Shown: one piece after another, positions 20,039-30,578 of the stretch
Numbering within the stretch: position 1 is the stretch's first letter
Layout: each line of letters opens with the position of its first letter
Assembly (NCBI GenBank): GCA_048268245.1
Contig: JBLWVX010000022.1
Coordinates: 1 to 40,306 of the forward strand
DNA: 40,306 nt
Direction: 5' to 3'
Source of the DNA: Arcobacteraceae bacterium
GTDB taxonomy: Bacteria; Campylobacterota; Campylobacteria; Campylobacterales; Arcobacteraceae
The notes under the pieces: model-generated
What the model was told of the DNA's origin: nothing
The model's database searches: none
What the model saw: the letters and a program-made list of their open reading frames with translations, nothing else
Position numbers and translations under genes: made by a program

Positions 20039-20437
20039 ATGCAAATTTTAATATTTTCATTACTTATTATTGCATTAATAATTTATGTGGTTTATAAGAT
20101 AAAAAAGACATTTACAAAAAAAGAGTTAATTAGTTTTGTAAGTGTAGTTGTTTTAATCATAGGAGGATTACTTTATTTTAATCATCTACAAGAGAATAAA
20201 CTACCAAATGCTTTTAAAGCAAACTATTTAGATGAAAGAGGTATTAAAATAGAAAAACTCTCTATTAATCAAACAAGCTTAGAGATTTTAAGTAGTAGTA
20301 AACAAATTTACGATTTTATTTACATAATAAATAAAGATGGTAAAGAGTTAGTTTGTGAAGCAAAAGATGTTGAAGCTCAACTAATTGAAGATGAATATGT
20401 CTTCAAAAACTTCAAAGAAGAGTGTAGATTAAAATAG
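20039..20437 (+). CDS. Hypothetical membrane protein (2 N-terminal TMs)
   Basis: Two hydrophobic helices then a soluble domain with 2 Cys; RBS AAGGA within the end of the upstream gene. Confidence 0.75.
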   Translation: MQILIFSLLIIALIIYVVYKIKKTFTKKELISFVSVVVLIIGGLLYFNHLQENKLPNAFKANYLDERGIKIEKLSINQTSLEILSSSKQIYDFIYIINKDGKELVCEAKDVEAQLIEDEYVFKNFKEECRLK

Positions 20438-20461
20438 TAGATACTTTATCTACTATTTTAA
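20429..20461. terminator. Bidirectional terminator hairpin
   Basis: TTAAAATAGTAGATA-CTT-TATCTACTATTTTAA between convergent genes. Confidence 0.7.
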
Positions 20462-20462
20462 A

Positions 20463-21110
20463 TTATTGTGGTTTAAAAGATGACTTTGTTTTACAAACAT
20501 GAGGGAAAAGACAGTTATCACAATCAGGTTTAATCGCCTTACAAATATATCTTCCAAATAAAACCATCGCTTGATGGAAAATATGTAAATCATCACCCTT
20601 TAATCTCTTTACTAAATCAGCTTCCGTTTGGTCAACATTTTTAGCATCACTTAGTCCTAGTCTATGAGAAACTCTAAATACATGAGTATCAACAGCCATA
20701 AGGTTAGCACCTTCAAACTCAATCATAAATACATTTGCTGTTTTATTTCCTACACCTGCTAATTTCATAAGTTCTCTTTGATTATGGGGAATTTCACCAT
20801 TAAAATCTTCTAATACACTTTGTGCCATTTTGATGATGTTTTTTGATTTGTTATTAAAGAATGAACATGACTTTAGTAATTCTTTTACATCTTCTAAATT
20901 TGCAACAGCAAGTTCTTTTACACTTGGGTACTTTTCAAAAAGTGCAGGAGTTATGATATTTACTCTTTTATCAGTACATTGTGCTGATAAAATAATAGCT
21001 ATTAATAACTCATAATCATTTCTATAGTTTAACTCTGTAACAGCATCCGAGTATTTTTCAACAAATGCTTCTTTTATAATTTCTATATCTTTTTTTGTTG
21101 CTTTTTTCAT
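20463..21110 (-). CDS. nth: Endonuclease III
   Basis: LSAQCTD, HhH LAGVGNKTA, VDTHVFRV, [4Fe-4S] motif CKAIKPDCDNCLFPHVC. Confidence 0.97.
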   Translation of the reverse strand: MKKATKKDIEIIKEAFVEKYSDAVTELNYRNDYELLIAIILSAQCTDKRVNIITPALFEKYPSVKELAVANLEDVKELLKSCSFFNNKSKNIIKMAQSVLEDFNGEIPHNQRELMKLAGVGNKTANVFMIEFEGANLMAVDTHVFRVSHRLGLSDAKNVDQTEADLVKRLKGDDLHIFHQAMVLFGRYICKAIKPDCDNCLFPHVCKTKSSFKPQ

Positions 21111-21119
21111 ATTTTCCTT

Positions 21120-22391
21120 CTATAAATCAACATTAATTCTAAAATAATTCTTTCTTTTATTCTTTGTTGCTTTTACTTTTTCAATTAAATTAAAATCAAC
21201 TAATAACTTTAAATCTTTCTGTATTGTTCTAACACTTACATCAAATTTTTTTGATAATTCCTCACTAGTAATCATAAAAGTATTATTCTTATTTGATAAA
21301 ACTTTAATTATTTTCATTTGACGTGGAGTTAAATCAATATTATTGTTTTTTGCAACATTTTTAATAATATCTTCACGCAAATGTGTATTTATTCTATGTT
21401 TTAAAATACTTAAACCTTCAATCATTACCTCTGTTAAGTAATAGAAGAAATAAGTCATATCAAATGAATTTTTATCTGACATATTACTTCTTTCTACATC
21501 AATAAATGCTTGGTAATAGTCTTTTGCTTTTCTTCTATTTATTATTTCAGACAATGAGATATAATAAAACATATCATAACCATAATACTTAAGTAAATAT
21601 GTAAATAAAATTCTTACAGTTCTTCCATTCCCATCATCAAAAGGATGTATATAAGCAAATAAAAAATGAAAGGCAATAGATTTATATATTTTTTCAATAG
21701 GTCTTGAAAACTCATCATCTTTTAAAAATTCAAGTAACTCTTCTATCATAAAATTCATTTTATCTATATTTGCAATTGGCTGAAATATCACTTTCCCACT
21801 TTGATTAATTATCTCATTTGGTTCAGTTCTATATTCTCCAATATTATAGTCATCATCTAAAGTATTTTCAACAGTAATTCTATGAACCTTGAAAATTAGT
21901 TCATTTGTAATTTCATCCTTAATATCTTCAAGCTCAATTAATGCTTTAAAATTATTAAAAACCATAAATTCACTTTTATCTTTTGGTTCAGATTTTCCTT
22001 TTGCTAAAGTCTTAGCTCTTTTTATTGTACTATGAGCACCTTCAATTGTAGAAGAATAATATCCTTCTTCAATTAATGTTTCTTTTAAAAGTTCAAGGGA
22101 GAATTTACTCTGAAAATTATACTCAAGACTTTTCCAAAACTCTTTAATAATATCAATATTTTTTCTTAGCTTAAATGTATCTGTAATAAAAAAGTTTTTT
22201 TCTTCAAAAGTAAATATAGGCAATTTATTTCTTTGCCTATATCTATTTACTGATTCTAATATAGAGTCAAAGACACATCCAGTTTCAGTAATAATTTTTT
22301 TTCTATGTTCAATTTGAAAATCTGTATAATAATTATCAATAGTCAAATATTTTAACCATTCTTTTTCAGTTGTAGGATAATCTTTTTTCAT
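21120..22391 (-). CDS. Fic-domain protein with C-terminal HTH
   Basis: Intact Fic motif HPFDDGNGRTVR, inhibitory motif SSTIEG N-terminal to it, C-terminal HTH SEELSKKFDVSVRTIQKDL. Start is ATG 22391 or TTG 22397. Confidence 0.92.
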   Translation of the reverse strand: MKKDYPTTEKEWLKYLTIDNYYTDFQIEHRKKIITETGCVFDSILESVNRYRQRNKLPIFTFEEKNFFITDTFKLRKNIDIIKEFWKSLEYNFQSKFSLELLKETLIEEGYYSSTIEGAHSTIKRAKTLAKGKSEPKDKSEFMVFNNFKALIELEDIKDEITNELIFKVHRITVENTLDDDYNIGEYRTEPNEIINQSGKVIFQPIANIDKMNFMIEELLEFLKDDEFSRPIEKIYKSIAFHFLFAYIHPFDDGNGRTVRILFTYLLKYYGYDMFYYISLSEIINRRKAKDYYQAFIDVERSNMSDKNSFDMTYFFYYLTEVMIEGLSILKHRINTHLREDIIKNVAKNNNIDLTPRQMKIIKVLSNKNNTFMITSEELSKKFDVSVRTIQKDLKLLVDFNLIEKVKATKNKRKNYFRINVDL

Positions 22392-22426
22392 TCTCAATCT
22401 TCTATTTATTATTTAGATAATTATAT

Positions 22427-24400
22427 CTATATTTTCTTCACTTTATCAATTTCATCTCTTAATCTAATTGCTTCTTCAAAGTTTAAATCTTTTGCAGCTT
22501 TTTTCATTTGTTTGTTTAACTCAATTAAGATTTTCTTTCTCTCAGATGCAGGCATTTTTTCCATTTTCTCTTTTTTCCACGCTAAGTCATCATACTCTTC
22601 AAGTTTTAGATTTTCATCTAATCTTCTTTTTGTAGATGTTGGAGTAATGCCATGTTTTTTATTATGTGCTTCTTGAAGCTCTCTTCTTCTAGCTGTTTCA
22701 TCTATTGCAAACTGCATTGAATCAGTAATTCTTTTTGCAAATAAAATTACTCTACCATTTTGGTTTCTTGCAGCTCTACCTATTGTTTGAATAAGAGAAG
22801 TTCTACTTCTTAAGAACCCTTCTTTATCTGCATCTAAAATAGCAACTAGCGAAGTTTCTGGAATATCAAGTCCCTCTCTAAGTAGATTAATACCAATAAG
22901 AACATCAAACTCCCCTAGTCTAAGCTCTCTAATAATCTGATTTCTTTCAATCGCATCAATCTCAGAGTGCATATACTTTACTTTTATTCCTAAATCAGAA
23001 TAGTATGAAGCTAACTCTTCTGCCATTTTTTTAGTTAAAACTGTAATTAAAACTCTTTCATCTTTTTCAATTACTCTTTTTACCTCATCATAAAGTTTTT
23101 CAACTTGATGTTCACTATCCATAATCTCAATTTTTGGATCAAGAAGTCCTGTTGGTCTAATAATCTGCTCAGCTACTACAGCACTTTTTTCAATTTCTAA
23201 TTCATTAGGTGTTGCTGACACAAAAAGATATGAAGCTTTTCTATTAATAAACTCATCAAATTTCAAAGGTCTATTATCAAGTGCACTTGGAAGTCTAAAT
23301 CCATACTCTACAAGTACTTCTTTTCTACTTCTATCTGCTGCGTGCATTCCTCTAAACTGAGGAAGAGATACATGTGACTCATCAACTATAAGTAAAAACT
23401 CTTCATGCATTGATTCAAAATAGTTCATAAGTGAGTAAGGAGTTTCACCTGGTTTTTGACCAGTAAGGTGTCTTGCATAGTTTTCAATACCCTTACACAT
23501 ACCAGTTCCCTCAATCATCTCTAAGTCAAACTCAACTCTTTGTTTTAATCTTTGATACTCAACTAATTTATCATTTGCTTTTAGATTAGTTAATCTTTCA
23601 TCTAACTCTTCTTCTATTTGTTTAACTGCTGTTGCTAATTTGTCATTTGATACAACAAATGGATTTACAGAGTAAATAATTGCTTCATTTAGCTCTTTTG
23701 TTTTATCATTTGTTAAATACTCATGTTTCGTGATTGATTCAACTTCATCCCCAAAAAATTCAACTCTAATATATTCATCTTCAAAATATGCAGGGAATAT
23801 ATCTATCACATCACCATTTACTCTAAAGTCTGCTCTATCAAAAAACTTATCATTTCTTTTATACCCCATTTCCACAAGCTTTAATAAAAACTCACGCTGA
23901 GAATATTCGAAACCTACTTCAATTCTTTGAACCATAGATTTATACTCTTCTGGATTACCTAAACCATAGTTTGCTGAAACAGATGCAATTACAATAACAT
24001 CATCAAAAGATAAAAGTGAAGCTGTTGCACTTAATCTTAATCTTTCTAACTCAGCGTTAATTGAACTATCTTTTTCAATAAATAAATCAGTTCTAGGAAT
24101 ATATGCTTCTGGTTGATAATAATCATAATAAGAGATAAAATACTCAACATGATTGTTTGGGAAAAACTGCTTAAATTCAGAGTATAACTGAGCAGCTAAA
24201 GTTTTATTATGAGTCATAATTAATGTTGGCTTTTGAGTCTTCTCTATAACCTTTGCCATAGTGTATGTTTTACCACTACCTGTTACACCTAATAGTGTAT
24301 TATACTGGTTTCCTTCAAGGATACTATTGCTTAAAACTTCTATTGCTTTTGGTTGATCTCCTGCTGGAGAGTATTCTGATTCTACTTTAAATTTTGCCAT
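22427..24400 (-). CDS. uvrB: Excinuclease ABC subunit B
   Basis: [37 protein letters not shown]-terminal UVR motif FEEAIRLRD. Confidence 0.99.
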   Translation of the reverse strand: MAKFKVESEYSPAGDQPKAIEVLSNSILEGNQYNTLLGVTGSGKTYTMAKVIEKTQKPTLIMTHNKTLAAQLYSEFKQFFPNNHVEYFISYYDYYQPEAYIPRTDLFIEKDSSINAELERLRLSATASLLSFDDVIVIASVSANYGLGNPEEYKSMVQRIEVGFEYSQREFLLKLVEMGYKRNDKFFDRADFRVNGDVIDIFPAYFEDEYIRVEFFGDEVESITKHEYLTNDKTKELNEAIIYSVNPFVVSNDKLATAVKQIEEELDERLTNLKANDKLVEYQRLKQRVEFDLEMIEGTGMCKGIENYARHLTGQKPGETPYSLMNYFESMHEEFLLIVDESHVSLPQFRGMHAADRSRKEVLVEYGFRLPSALDNRPLKFDEFINRKASYLFVSATPNELEIEKSAVVAEQIIRPTGLLDPKIEIMDSEHQVEKLYDEVKRVIEKDERVLITVLTKKMAEELASYYSDLGIKVKYMHSEIDAIERNQIIRELRLGEFDVLIGINLLREGLDIPETSLVAILDADKEGFLRSRTSLIQTIGRAARNQNGRVILFAKRITDSMQFAIDETARRRELQEAHNKKHGITPTSTKRRLDENLKLEEYDDLAWKKEKMEKMPASERKKILIELNKQMKKAAKDLNFEEAIRLRDEIDKVKKI

Positions 24401-24413
24401 GGGCGATTATATC
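24401..24413 (-). promoter_or_regulatory. uvrB -10 box next to the start codon (leaderless architecture)
   Basis: Minus strand reads GATATAAT-CGCCC-ATG; no Shine-Dalgarno. Confidence 0.65.
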
Positions 24414-24431
24414 GAATTGAAGCTTTTTTAA

Positions 24432-24983
24432 CTATTTTAAAAATCTCTTTTTATTTAGTATAAAAAAGAAAAGGATTGATATTTCCCTACCTGAGAGAAT
24501 CATGTCTTTACAAAGTTCATCTTTTGTTTGACTTATATCTACATCATATAAATATTTTTCTAAGATCTCATCAACTTTTTGCATAAACTCTTTTTTATCT
24601 AGCTTATAAATGAAAGGGTGAAAGTTATTTTTAGAAACTCCAACATTTAAATCATAATCCATTTTTAAAAGATACAAAAGTATTGAGACTTGCCAAGCAT
24701 GCCATTCTATTTTATTTAAGCTATGTTCTGATCTATTAGCATAATCAACTGCTTTAAAAATATCAAATATTTTACTTGAAGCTTTTATAAGCATAAGACG
24801 ATTAAAGTCTTCAATTTTTGAGGGTATTGGAAGATGAGAGATATTTACTTTCTCTTTTTCATCTTCTTGGGGAGGAACAATGGTTTCATTTGAGCAATTA
24901 GAATCTTTTTTAAGTAACAAATATCCAACAATTAAAATAAGTAATATTATAAAAAAAATAAAACCAAAGAACATCAAGTTCAT
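24432..24983 (-). CDS. Hypothetical membrane-anchored protein
   Basis: N-terminal TM helix; ATGA overlap with the upstream gene; AAGGAG RBS. Confidence 0.75.
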   Translation of the reverse strand: MNLMFFGFIFFIILLILIVGYLLLKKDSNCSNETIVPPQEDEKEKVNISHLPIPSKIEDFNRLMLIKASSKIFDIFKAVDYANRSEHSLNKIEWHAWQVSILLYLLKMDYDLNVGVSKNNFHPFIYKLDKKEFMQKVDEILEKYLYDVDISQTKDELCKDMILSGREISILFFFILNKKRFLK

Positions 24984-25684
24984 AAAGGTTCTCCTTCAAA
25001 TTTTTCATTTCTAAAAACTGTATATTTATTATCGCAACATAAAGAAGGAATATTTACATAAGTTTTATTATCAATGTTATAAGTCTTACCTTGATGATAA
25101 TGACCTTCGATAATTATATCGCTTTTATAGTTACTAATTCTTTTAATAGCTAAAGATTTAAAGTCATTCATAACATGACAAATGTTTTTTGATAAAAGTG
25201 CATTATCTATTTTTTTAGAAATAATATTATTGAAGTCTATAAGATTTAAAAATTTCAGTAAAGGACCATTTCTTATTATCTTACAGTATAAATCATATTG
25301 CCAATTTATAAAATTATCCCCATGAGATAAGGCAATAGTTTGTTGCTTATATTTTATTATTAATGGTTGTTTTTCTCTTTTTATAACTAATATATTAGGG
25401 AAAAGATTCGCAAGATTATAGTCATGATTTCCTTCTAAATAAACTATTTGTATCTCTTTTGATAATTTATTTAAAATTTCTATTAATTCTTTGTTTTGTT
25501 TGATAAAATATTTACTTTCACCTGATATAAAATCAAAATTATCACCCATTAAAAAAAGTTGTTTTGTTTGAATATCTTGATTTTCAAGTTTTTTAAGAAA
25601 GCTAAGGAATTGTCTATTTTTTTTATTGAAGTGAGAATCAGCTACAAAAATAGCTGATTCTTCTAATTGTATATTATGGTACAT
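24980..25684 (-). CDS. lpxH: UDP-2,3-diacylglucosamine diphosphatase (metallophosphoesterase)
   Basis: DSH, MGDNFD, EGNHD, SHGD, GHYH motifs. Start moved to ATG 25684 (RBS AGGA, short overlap with argC). Confidence 0.8.
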   Translation of the reverse strand: MYHNIQLEESAIFVADSHFNKKNRQFLSFLKKLENQDIQTKQLFLMGDNFDFISGESKYFIKQNKELIEILNKLSKEIQIVYLEGNHDYNLANLFPNILVIKREKQPLIIKYKQQTIALSHGDNFINWQYDLYCKIIRNGPLLKFLNLIDFNNIISKKIDNALLSKNICHVMNDFKSLAIKRISNYKSDIIIEGHYHQGKTYNIDNKTYVNIPSLCCDNKYTVFRNEKFEGEPL

Positions 25685-26678
25685 ATGCAATTTTAGGAAT
25701 ACCTTCAGCCTCTTCAAAGCCACACATGATATTTGCATTTACCACTGCTTGAGATGAAGCTCCTCTAAGTAAGTTATCTATTGATGAGTTTATAAATAAA
25801 GCTTTTTTATTTCTTTCTACAAAAATATCACAGAAGTTTGTTCCTGCTGTAGATTTTAAATCAACTGGTGTTTCCCTAATTCTTACAAATTCACTATTTG
25901 AATAAGCATTGTTCAAAATTTCTTTTACATCAACTTCTTCTTTAAGTGTTGCATAAACAGAAACTAACATACCTCTTGTAACTGGTAATAAATGAGGAAC
26001 GAAATTAATTTGAAAATTTTTTCCTTTTACTTTTTTAACTTTTTCTTCAATTTCTGGCATGTGTCTATGTTTAAAAGGATTATATGCATGGTGATTTTCA
26101 TTTAAGTTTACAAAGTGTGCAACTTCACTTAATTTTTTACCAGCTCCACTTACACCTGATTTTGCATCAATAAAAATTGGTGTTCCCTCTTCAATATAAT
26201 CTACAAATGGTAATAAAGCTAAAAGAGATGCAGTTGGATAACAACCTGGGTTTGCCACAAGTTTTGCATCTTTTAACTCTTCATTATAATATTCTGGTAA
26301 TCCATAAACAGAATCTTTTATATGTTCTTTATCTTCATGAGGACAATAGTGTTTTTCATAAGTATCTAAATCAAGTCTATAATCAGCTGATAAGTCAACA
26401 ACTTTTACACCTAATTCTAAAAGCTCTTTTGCAAAAAACATAGATGTTTTATGAGGTAAAGCTAAAAATGCTAAATCAGCAACTTTTGAAACTTCTTTAG
26501 CATCAGCTTTACTTACTTCAATATCAATTACATCTTTTAAACAAGGATGTAAATCTTGTATATTTTGCTCACCTGTTGAGTTTGCAATATATGTGATGTC
26601 AAATTTCGGATGATTGATTAAAATTTTTACTAATTCTAAACCAGTGTAACCACTAGCTCCAATAATTGCTACATTCAT
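25674..26678 (-). CDS. argC: N-acetyl-gamma-glutamyl-phosphate reductase
   Basis: GASGYTG, DLSADYRL, ANPGCYPT, SGVSGAG, IDNLLRGASSQA. Confidence 0.98.
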   Translation of the reverse strand: MNVAIIGASGYTGLELVKILINHPKFDITYIANSTGEQNIQDLHPCLKDVIDIEVSKADAKEVSKVADLAFLALPHKTSMFFAKELLELGVKVVDLSADYRLDLDTYEKHYCPHEDKEHIKDSVYGLPEYYNEELKDAKLVANPGCYPTASLLALLPFVDYIEEGTPIFIDAKSGVSGAGKKLSEVAHFVNLNENHHAYNPFKHRHMPEIEEKVKKVKGKNFQINFVPHLLPVTRGMLVSVYATLKEEVDVKEILNNAYSNSEFVRIRETPVDLKSTAGTNFCDIFVERNKKALFINSSIDNLLRGASSQAVVNANIMCGFEEAEGIPKIAYVP

Positions 26679-27163
26679 TATAAACTAAACTCCTCATAAA
26701 AAACTTCTAATATTTCAAAAGACTTTGTACCACCTGGAAGAGTTGCTGATATTTCATCACCCCCTTCTTTTCCTAAAAGCTGTTTTGCTAGAGGAGAATT
26801 AAAAGAGATAAGTCCTCTTTCCGCATTTGATTCAACACCACCAACAATAGAATATTTAAACTCTTCATCTGTATCAACATCAACTAGTTTTACAGTTGAG
26901 CCAAAACTTACTTTATCATGAGGAAGTGTTGAAGGATCAATAATCACTGCCTTTGAAATAACCGCACCTAATTCAGCAATTTGAGCATCAATTAGTGCTA
27001 GTTTATCTTTAGCTGCATGATATTCTGCATTTTCTTTTAGATCTCCAAGCTGTCTTGCTTCATCTAATTCAATTACAGTATGAGGTCTTTCTTTAGATTT
27101 TAAAAAATCTAATTCCCCAGTAATTTTTTCATATCCTGCATTTGTCATAGGTTCTTTTTCCAT
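26678..27163 (-). CDS. greA: Transcription elongation factor GreA
   Basis: GDLKENAEYHAAK, ISFNSPLAKQLLGK. Start set at ATG 27163 (GGAG 6 nt upstream). Confidence 0.96.
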   Translation of the reverse strand: MEKEPMTNAGYEKITGELDFLKSKERPHTVIELDEARQLGDLKENAEYHAAKDKLALIDAQIAELGAVISKAVIIDPSTLPHDKVSFGSTVKLVDVDTDEEFKYSIVGGVESNAERGLISFNSPLAKQLLGKEGGDEISATLPGGTKSFEILEVFYEEFSL

Positions 27164-27187
27164 CAACATCTCCAATAAATTAATTTA

Positions 27188-27196
27188 TGATATAAT
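27188..27196 (+). promoter_or_regulatory. Extended -10 promoter for tcdA
   Basis: TGATATAAT about 28 nt upstream of the ATG. Confidence 0.6.
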
Positions 27197-27224
27197 ACCC
27201 AAAAATTTTAAAAGAGTAGATTAT

Positions 27225-27875
27225 ATGCAGTATGATAGAACTATAAAACTTTTTGGTCAAGATAAATTTGACAAGTTTAAAGATGTAAATCTTATATTAT
27301 TAGGTGTTGGTGGAGTAGGAAGTTTTGCTTTAGATGCCCTTTATAATACAGGAATAAAAAACATTACTATTGTTGATTTTGATACATATGAAGAATCAAA
27401 TATGAATAGGCAAATGGGAAGTCATGGAAATATTGGTAGAGTTAAAGTAGATGCTTTAAAAGAAAAATATCCAGAGGTTACAGCAATTCATGCAAAAATT
27501 ACTCCTGAATGGATTGGCAATTTTGATTTTTCACAATATGATTATATATTAGATGCGATAGATGACGTAACTCCAAAAGTTCATCTTATCAAAAAATACT
27601 ATACAAAAGTAATTACTACAAGTGGTAGTGCTAAAAGATTAGATCCAAGTAAAATTGAGTATAAATCTATATGGGATACATATAATGATCCATTTATAAA
27701 AAAAATAAGAACACAACTTAAGAAAGAAGGGTTCAAAAGAAAGTTTAAAGTAATATTTTCATCAGAAAACCCAAATTGTATAGAAAAAGGAAGCTTTGAA
27801 GCAGTAACAGGTTCTTTTGGTCTAATGATGGCATCTGTAGCAATGCAAAAAATTCTAAGAAAAATGGAAAAATAA
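27225..27875 (+). CDS. tcdA: tRNA threonylcarbamoyladenosine dehydratase (ThiF family)
   Basis: GVGGVGS, VDFD...SNMNRQ, ILDAID, DPFIKKIR, FSSENP, VTGSFG. Confidence 0.85.
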   Translation: MQYDRTIKLFGQDKFDKFKDVNLILLGVGGVGSFALDALYNTGIKNITIVDFDTYEESNMNRQMGSHGNIGRVKVDALKEKYPEVTAIHAKITPEWIGNFDFSQYDYILDAIDDVTPKVHLIKKYYTKVITTSGSAKRLDPSKIEYKSIWDTYNDPFIKKIRTQLKKEGFKRKFKVIFSSENPNCIEKGSFEAVTGSFGLMMASVAMQKILRKMEK

Positions 27876-27936
27876 CTTAAAGTTACTTAAAGAATAAAAG
27901 ATATATAATATATTAGTATAATAAAAAAGGATTCTC

Positions 27937-28839
27937 ATGAGTGGTATTAGTGGTAGTGTTGAGCAAATGACGCAAGGTCATTTAAGAAATGTTCAACAAT
28001 TAGCTGTTTTTTACACTGGTCATAATAATATTTATGCAATTAATATAGCAAAAGTAAAAGCTTTCATAATAAGAGATGAAGTTACTATTAATGATACACC
28101 AAAAGAGAGTGATGTAATTGCAGGTATTGCCACTATTAGAGGAGAGCCTGTAACATTAATCAACCTTGATGTATGGTTAGGCCTTCCTGCTTTAGATATA
28201 AGTGAATATAAGCTTATAATCTATTGTGAGTTTAATCATAAAAAAATTGGTTTCTTAGTAAAAGATATGCTTGATATTGTAGAAAAAACTACTGATCAAT
28301 TAAGACATTCAGAAGAAACAAATGCAAGAATTACATATACAACTTATGTAAAAGTTGATAATAATGATGAATTATGTACAGTATTTAATGCTGAGCAACT
28401 ATTAAGAGATGTTGGTTGGACAGATGATGGTGAAGATGATGTTAAAAAATATGTTGAAGATAAAATCAATAGTGATAAACTAATCTTAGCTGCTGAAGAC
28501 TCAGGTGTTGCAAGAGAAGTTTTAAATAAATTCTTTAAAAGAACTGGTGTGAGATTTGAAATATACACAGATGGAACACAACTTCTAAAAAGAGTTGAAG
28601 AATTAGGACCTGATAAAATAGGTATGATTATTACTGATATTGAAATGCCAGGAACTGATGGTTTCCAAGTTGCTTCATTTATTAAAAACAATAGTAAATA
28701 TGAACATATTCCTGTTATTGTAAACTCTTCTATGACAACAGAAGCAGTAAGAGGTAAAATGGATCAAATTGGTGTAAATGGATTTGTTGGTAAAACTGAT
28801 ATTCAATCACTATTTGATATGACAAAAAGATTCCTATAA
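27937..28839 (+). CDS. cheV: Chemotaxis protein CheV (CheW + receiver)
   Basis: YAINIAKVK, IRGEPVTLINL; receiver AEDS, TDIEMPGTDG, NSS, K. Confidence 0.93.
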   Translation: MSGISGSVEQMTQGHLRNVQQLAVFYTGHNNIYAINIAKVKAFIIRDEVTINDTPKESDVIAGIATIRGEPVTLINLDVWLGLPALDISEYKLIIYCEFNHKKIGFLVKDMLDIVEKTTDQLRHSEETNARITYTTYVKVDNNDELCTVFNAEQLLRDVGWTDDGEDDVKKYVEDKINSDKLILAAEDSGVAREVLNKFFKRTGVRFEIYTDGTQLLKRVEELGPDKIGMIITDIEMPGTDGFQVASFIKNNSKYEHIPVIVNSSMTTEAVRGKMDQIGVNGFVGKTDIQSLFDMTKRFL

Positions 28840-28870
28840 AAAAGCAATAAGTTAAAATTCATTGCTTTTT
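28838..28870. terminator. Bidirectional terminator between cheV and argH
   Basis: AAAAAGCAAT-N12-ATTGCTTTTT. Confidence 0.6.
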
Positions 28871-28892
28871 ATTCTATACTTTAGTTAGCTTC

Positions 28893-30284
28893 TTATTTTG
28901 AAGCTAACCACTTTTTAAACTCTTCTATTTGATATTCTGTTTGTTTTGTTGATGTTCCACCTATTGAAGTTCTAGCATTCATAGAATTTCTTAAATCTAA
29001 GTACATTACTATTTCTTCACTAATATCTTTTAATTCTTCGTTTGAATTTCTAATTTCATCAATTGATAATTCGCTAATATCTTTATTTAAAGAATTAGCT
29101 TGTGCAACTACATCTTTTGTAATATAGTAAGCTGTTCTAAATGGCATGTTTTGTTTTTGTACTAAATAATCAGCTAAATCTGTAGCACTTAAATGTCCTA
29201 TTTTACAAGCATTTTCCATTTTATCCACATTTACTATCATAGTTTTAATAACTTCAGTTAAAATATTAAGTGATATTTCTATAGTTTTTACAGAGTCAAA
29301 TACACCCTCTTTATCTTCTTGAGTATCTTTGTTATATGCAAGTGGTAAACCTTTCATTACCGTAAGAAGTGAAATTAAGTTTCCATAAACTCTACCCGTT
29401 TTACCTCTAAGTAATTCAGGTACATCTGGGTTTTTCTTTTGAGGCATAATAGATGAAGTAGTTGCATACTCATCTGACATTCTTACAAATTGGAATTCAT
29501 AAGAAGACCAAGTAATTAACTCTTCTGAGATTCTTGAAATATGCATCATAGAAGTCGAAATATTAAATAGAATTTCTAATGCAAAATCTCTATCTGATAC
29601 TGTATCCATAGCATGAGAAGTTGGTGCAGTAAATCCAAGTTTTTGGCAAGTTGAATTTCTATCTATATTATGAGGAGTTCCTGCAAGAGCTGCACTTCCA
29701 AGTGGTGAGTAATTATTTCTCTCATATGAACTTTCAAATCTCTCTAAATCTCTTTTAAACATATTTGCATAAGCTAACATATGATAACCAAAGTTAAGAG
29801 GCTGAGCGTGCTGTAAGTGAGTCATTCCAGGAATTAAAGTTTCAGTATGTTTTGAAGCTACATCTACAAATACTTCAACTAAAGATTTTAACTGTTCTTT
29901 GATACTTAGTGATTTTTCTTGTACATAAAGTCTAAAATCAGTCGCAACTTGGTCATTTCTACTTCTAGCTGTATGAAGTTTTTTACCAGGTTCACCAATA
30001 ATTTCTGTAAGTCTTGATTCAACTGCCATATGAATATCTTCAGTAGCTAAAGTAAATTCAAACTTTCCTGATTCAATCTCTTCTTTTACTTGAAGTAAAC
30101 CATTCTCAATTGCTTCTTGTTCTTCTTGTGTAAGAACACCTTGCTCACAAAGCATTTGTGAGTGAGCTATACTTCCTTTTATATCTTGAGAGTATAACTC
30201 TTTATCAAACATAATAGATGCATTAAATTCATCTAAAATTTGAGCATTAGTATTTTTTAATATTTGATTATTTTGATTTGACAT
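28893..30284 (-). CDS. argH: Argininosuccinate lyase
   Basis: [44 protein letters not shown]. Confidence 0.98.
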   Translation of the reverse strand: MSNQNNQILKNTNAQILDEFNASIMFDKELYSQDIKGSIAHSQMLCEQGVLTQEEQEAIENGLLQVKEEIESGKFEFTLATEDIHMAVESRLTEIIGEPGKKLHTARSRNDQVATDFRLYVQEKSLSIKEQLKSLVEVFVDVASKHTETLIPGMTHLQHAQPLNFGYHMLAYANMFKRDLERFESSYERNNYSPLGSAALAGTPHNIDRNSTCQKLGFTAPTSHAMDTVSDRDFALEILFNISTSMMHISRISEELITWSSYEFQFVRMSDEYATTSSIMPQKKNPDVPELLRGKTGRVYGNLISLLTVMKGLPLAYNKDTQEDKEGVFDSVKTIEISLNILTEVIKTMIVNVDKMENACKIGHLSATDLADYLVQKQNMPFRTAYYITKDVVAQANSLNKDISELSIDEIRNSNEELKDISEEIVMYLDLRNSMNARTSIGGTSTKQTEYQIEEFKKWLASK

Positions 30285-30320
30285 TTATATCCCTATATTA
30301 TAATAAGCTTGTTTTGGCGT

Positions 30321-30329
30321 ATTATAACA
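30321..30329 (-). promoter_or_regulatory. Extended -10 promoter for argH
   Basis: TGTTATAAT on the minus strand. Confidence 0.6.
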
Positions 30330-30338
30330 TAAGTGATA

Positions 30339-30527
30339 TTATGAGTTTTTGTTTTCTATATCTTTAATTGCTTCTTTTACAATATTTAATATTTTTCTTT
30401 GTGCTTTATCTTCATCATTTTCAGGAACATCCCATCCAATAATAGACATATACTTTGAAACAAGTGACTCAACATCATCTACAATAGTATCATGAAGTTG
30501 TTCTAATTCTTTATCTTGAGCTGTCAT
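30339..30527 (-). CDS. Small acidic hypothetical protein (62 aa)
   Basis: AAGGAG RBS and TGTTATAAT (30551-30559, minus) upstream; contains GWDVPENDE. Confidence 0.8.
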   Translation of the reverse strand: MTAQDKELEQLHDTIVDDVESLVSKYMSIIGWDVPENDEDKAQRKILNIVKEAIKDIENKNS

Positions 30528-30578
30528 AATTACTCCTTTTATTTAAATATATTATAACATTATTAAGATTAACTAAAT

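Noticed and set aside
25685..25738. N-terminal extension of lpxH in the ORF track
   Set aside because: It creates a long overlap with argC; ATG 25684 has an RBS and directly precedes the first metallophosphoesterase motif.
13865..28691. Antisense ORFs 13865-14221, 18973-19185, 20830-21015, 26177-26443 and 28344-28691
   Set aside because: Shadow ORFs of the LptF/G gene and pth, the TonB receptor, nth, argC and cheV; no independent support.
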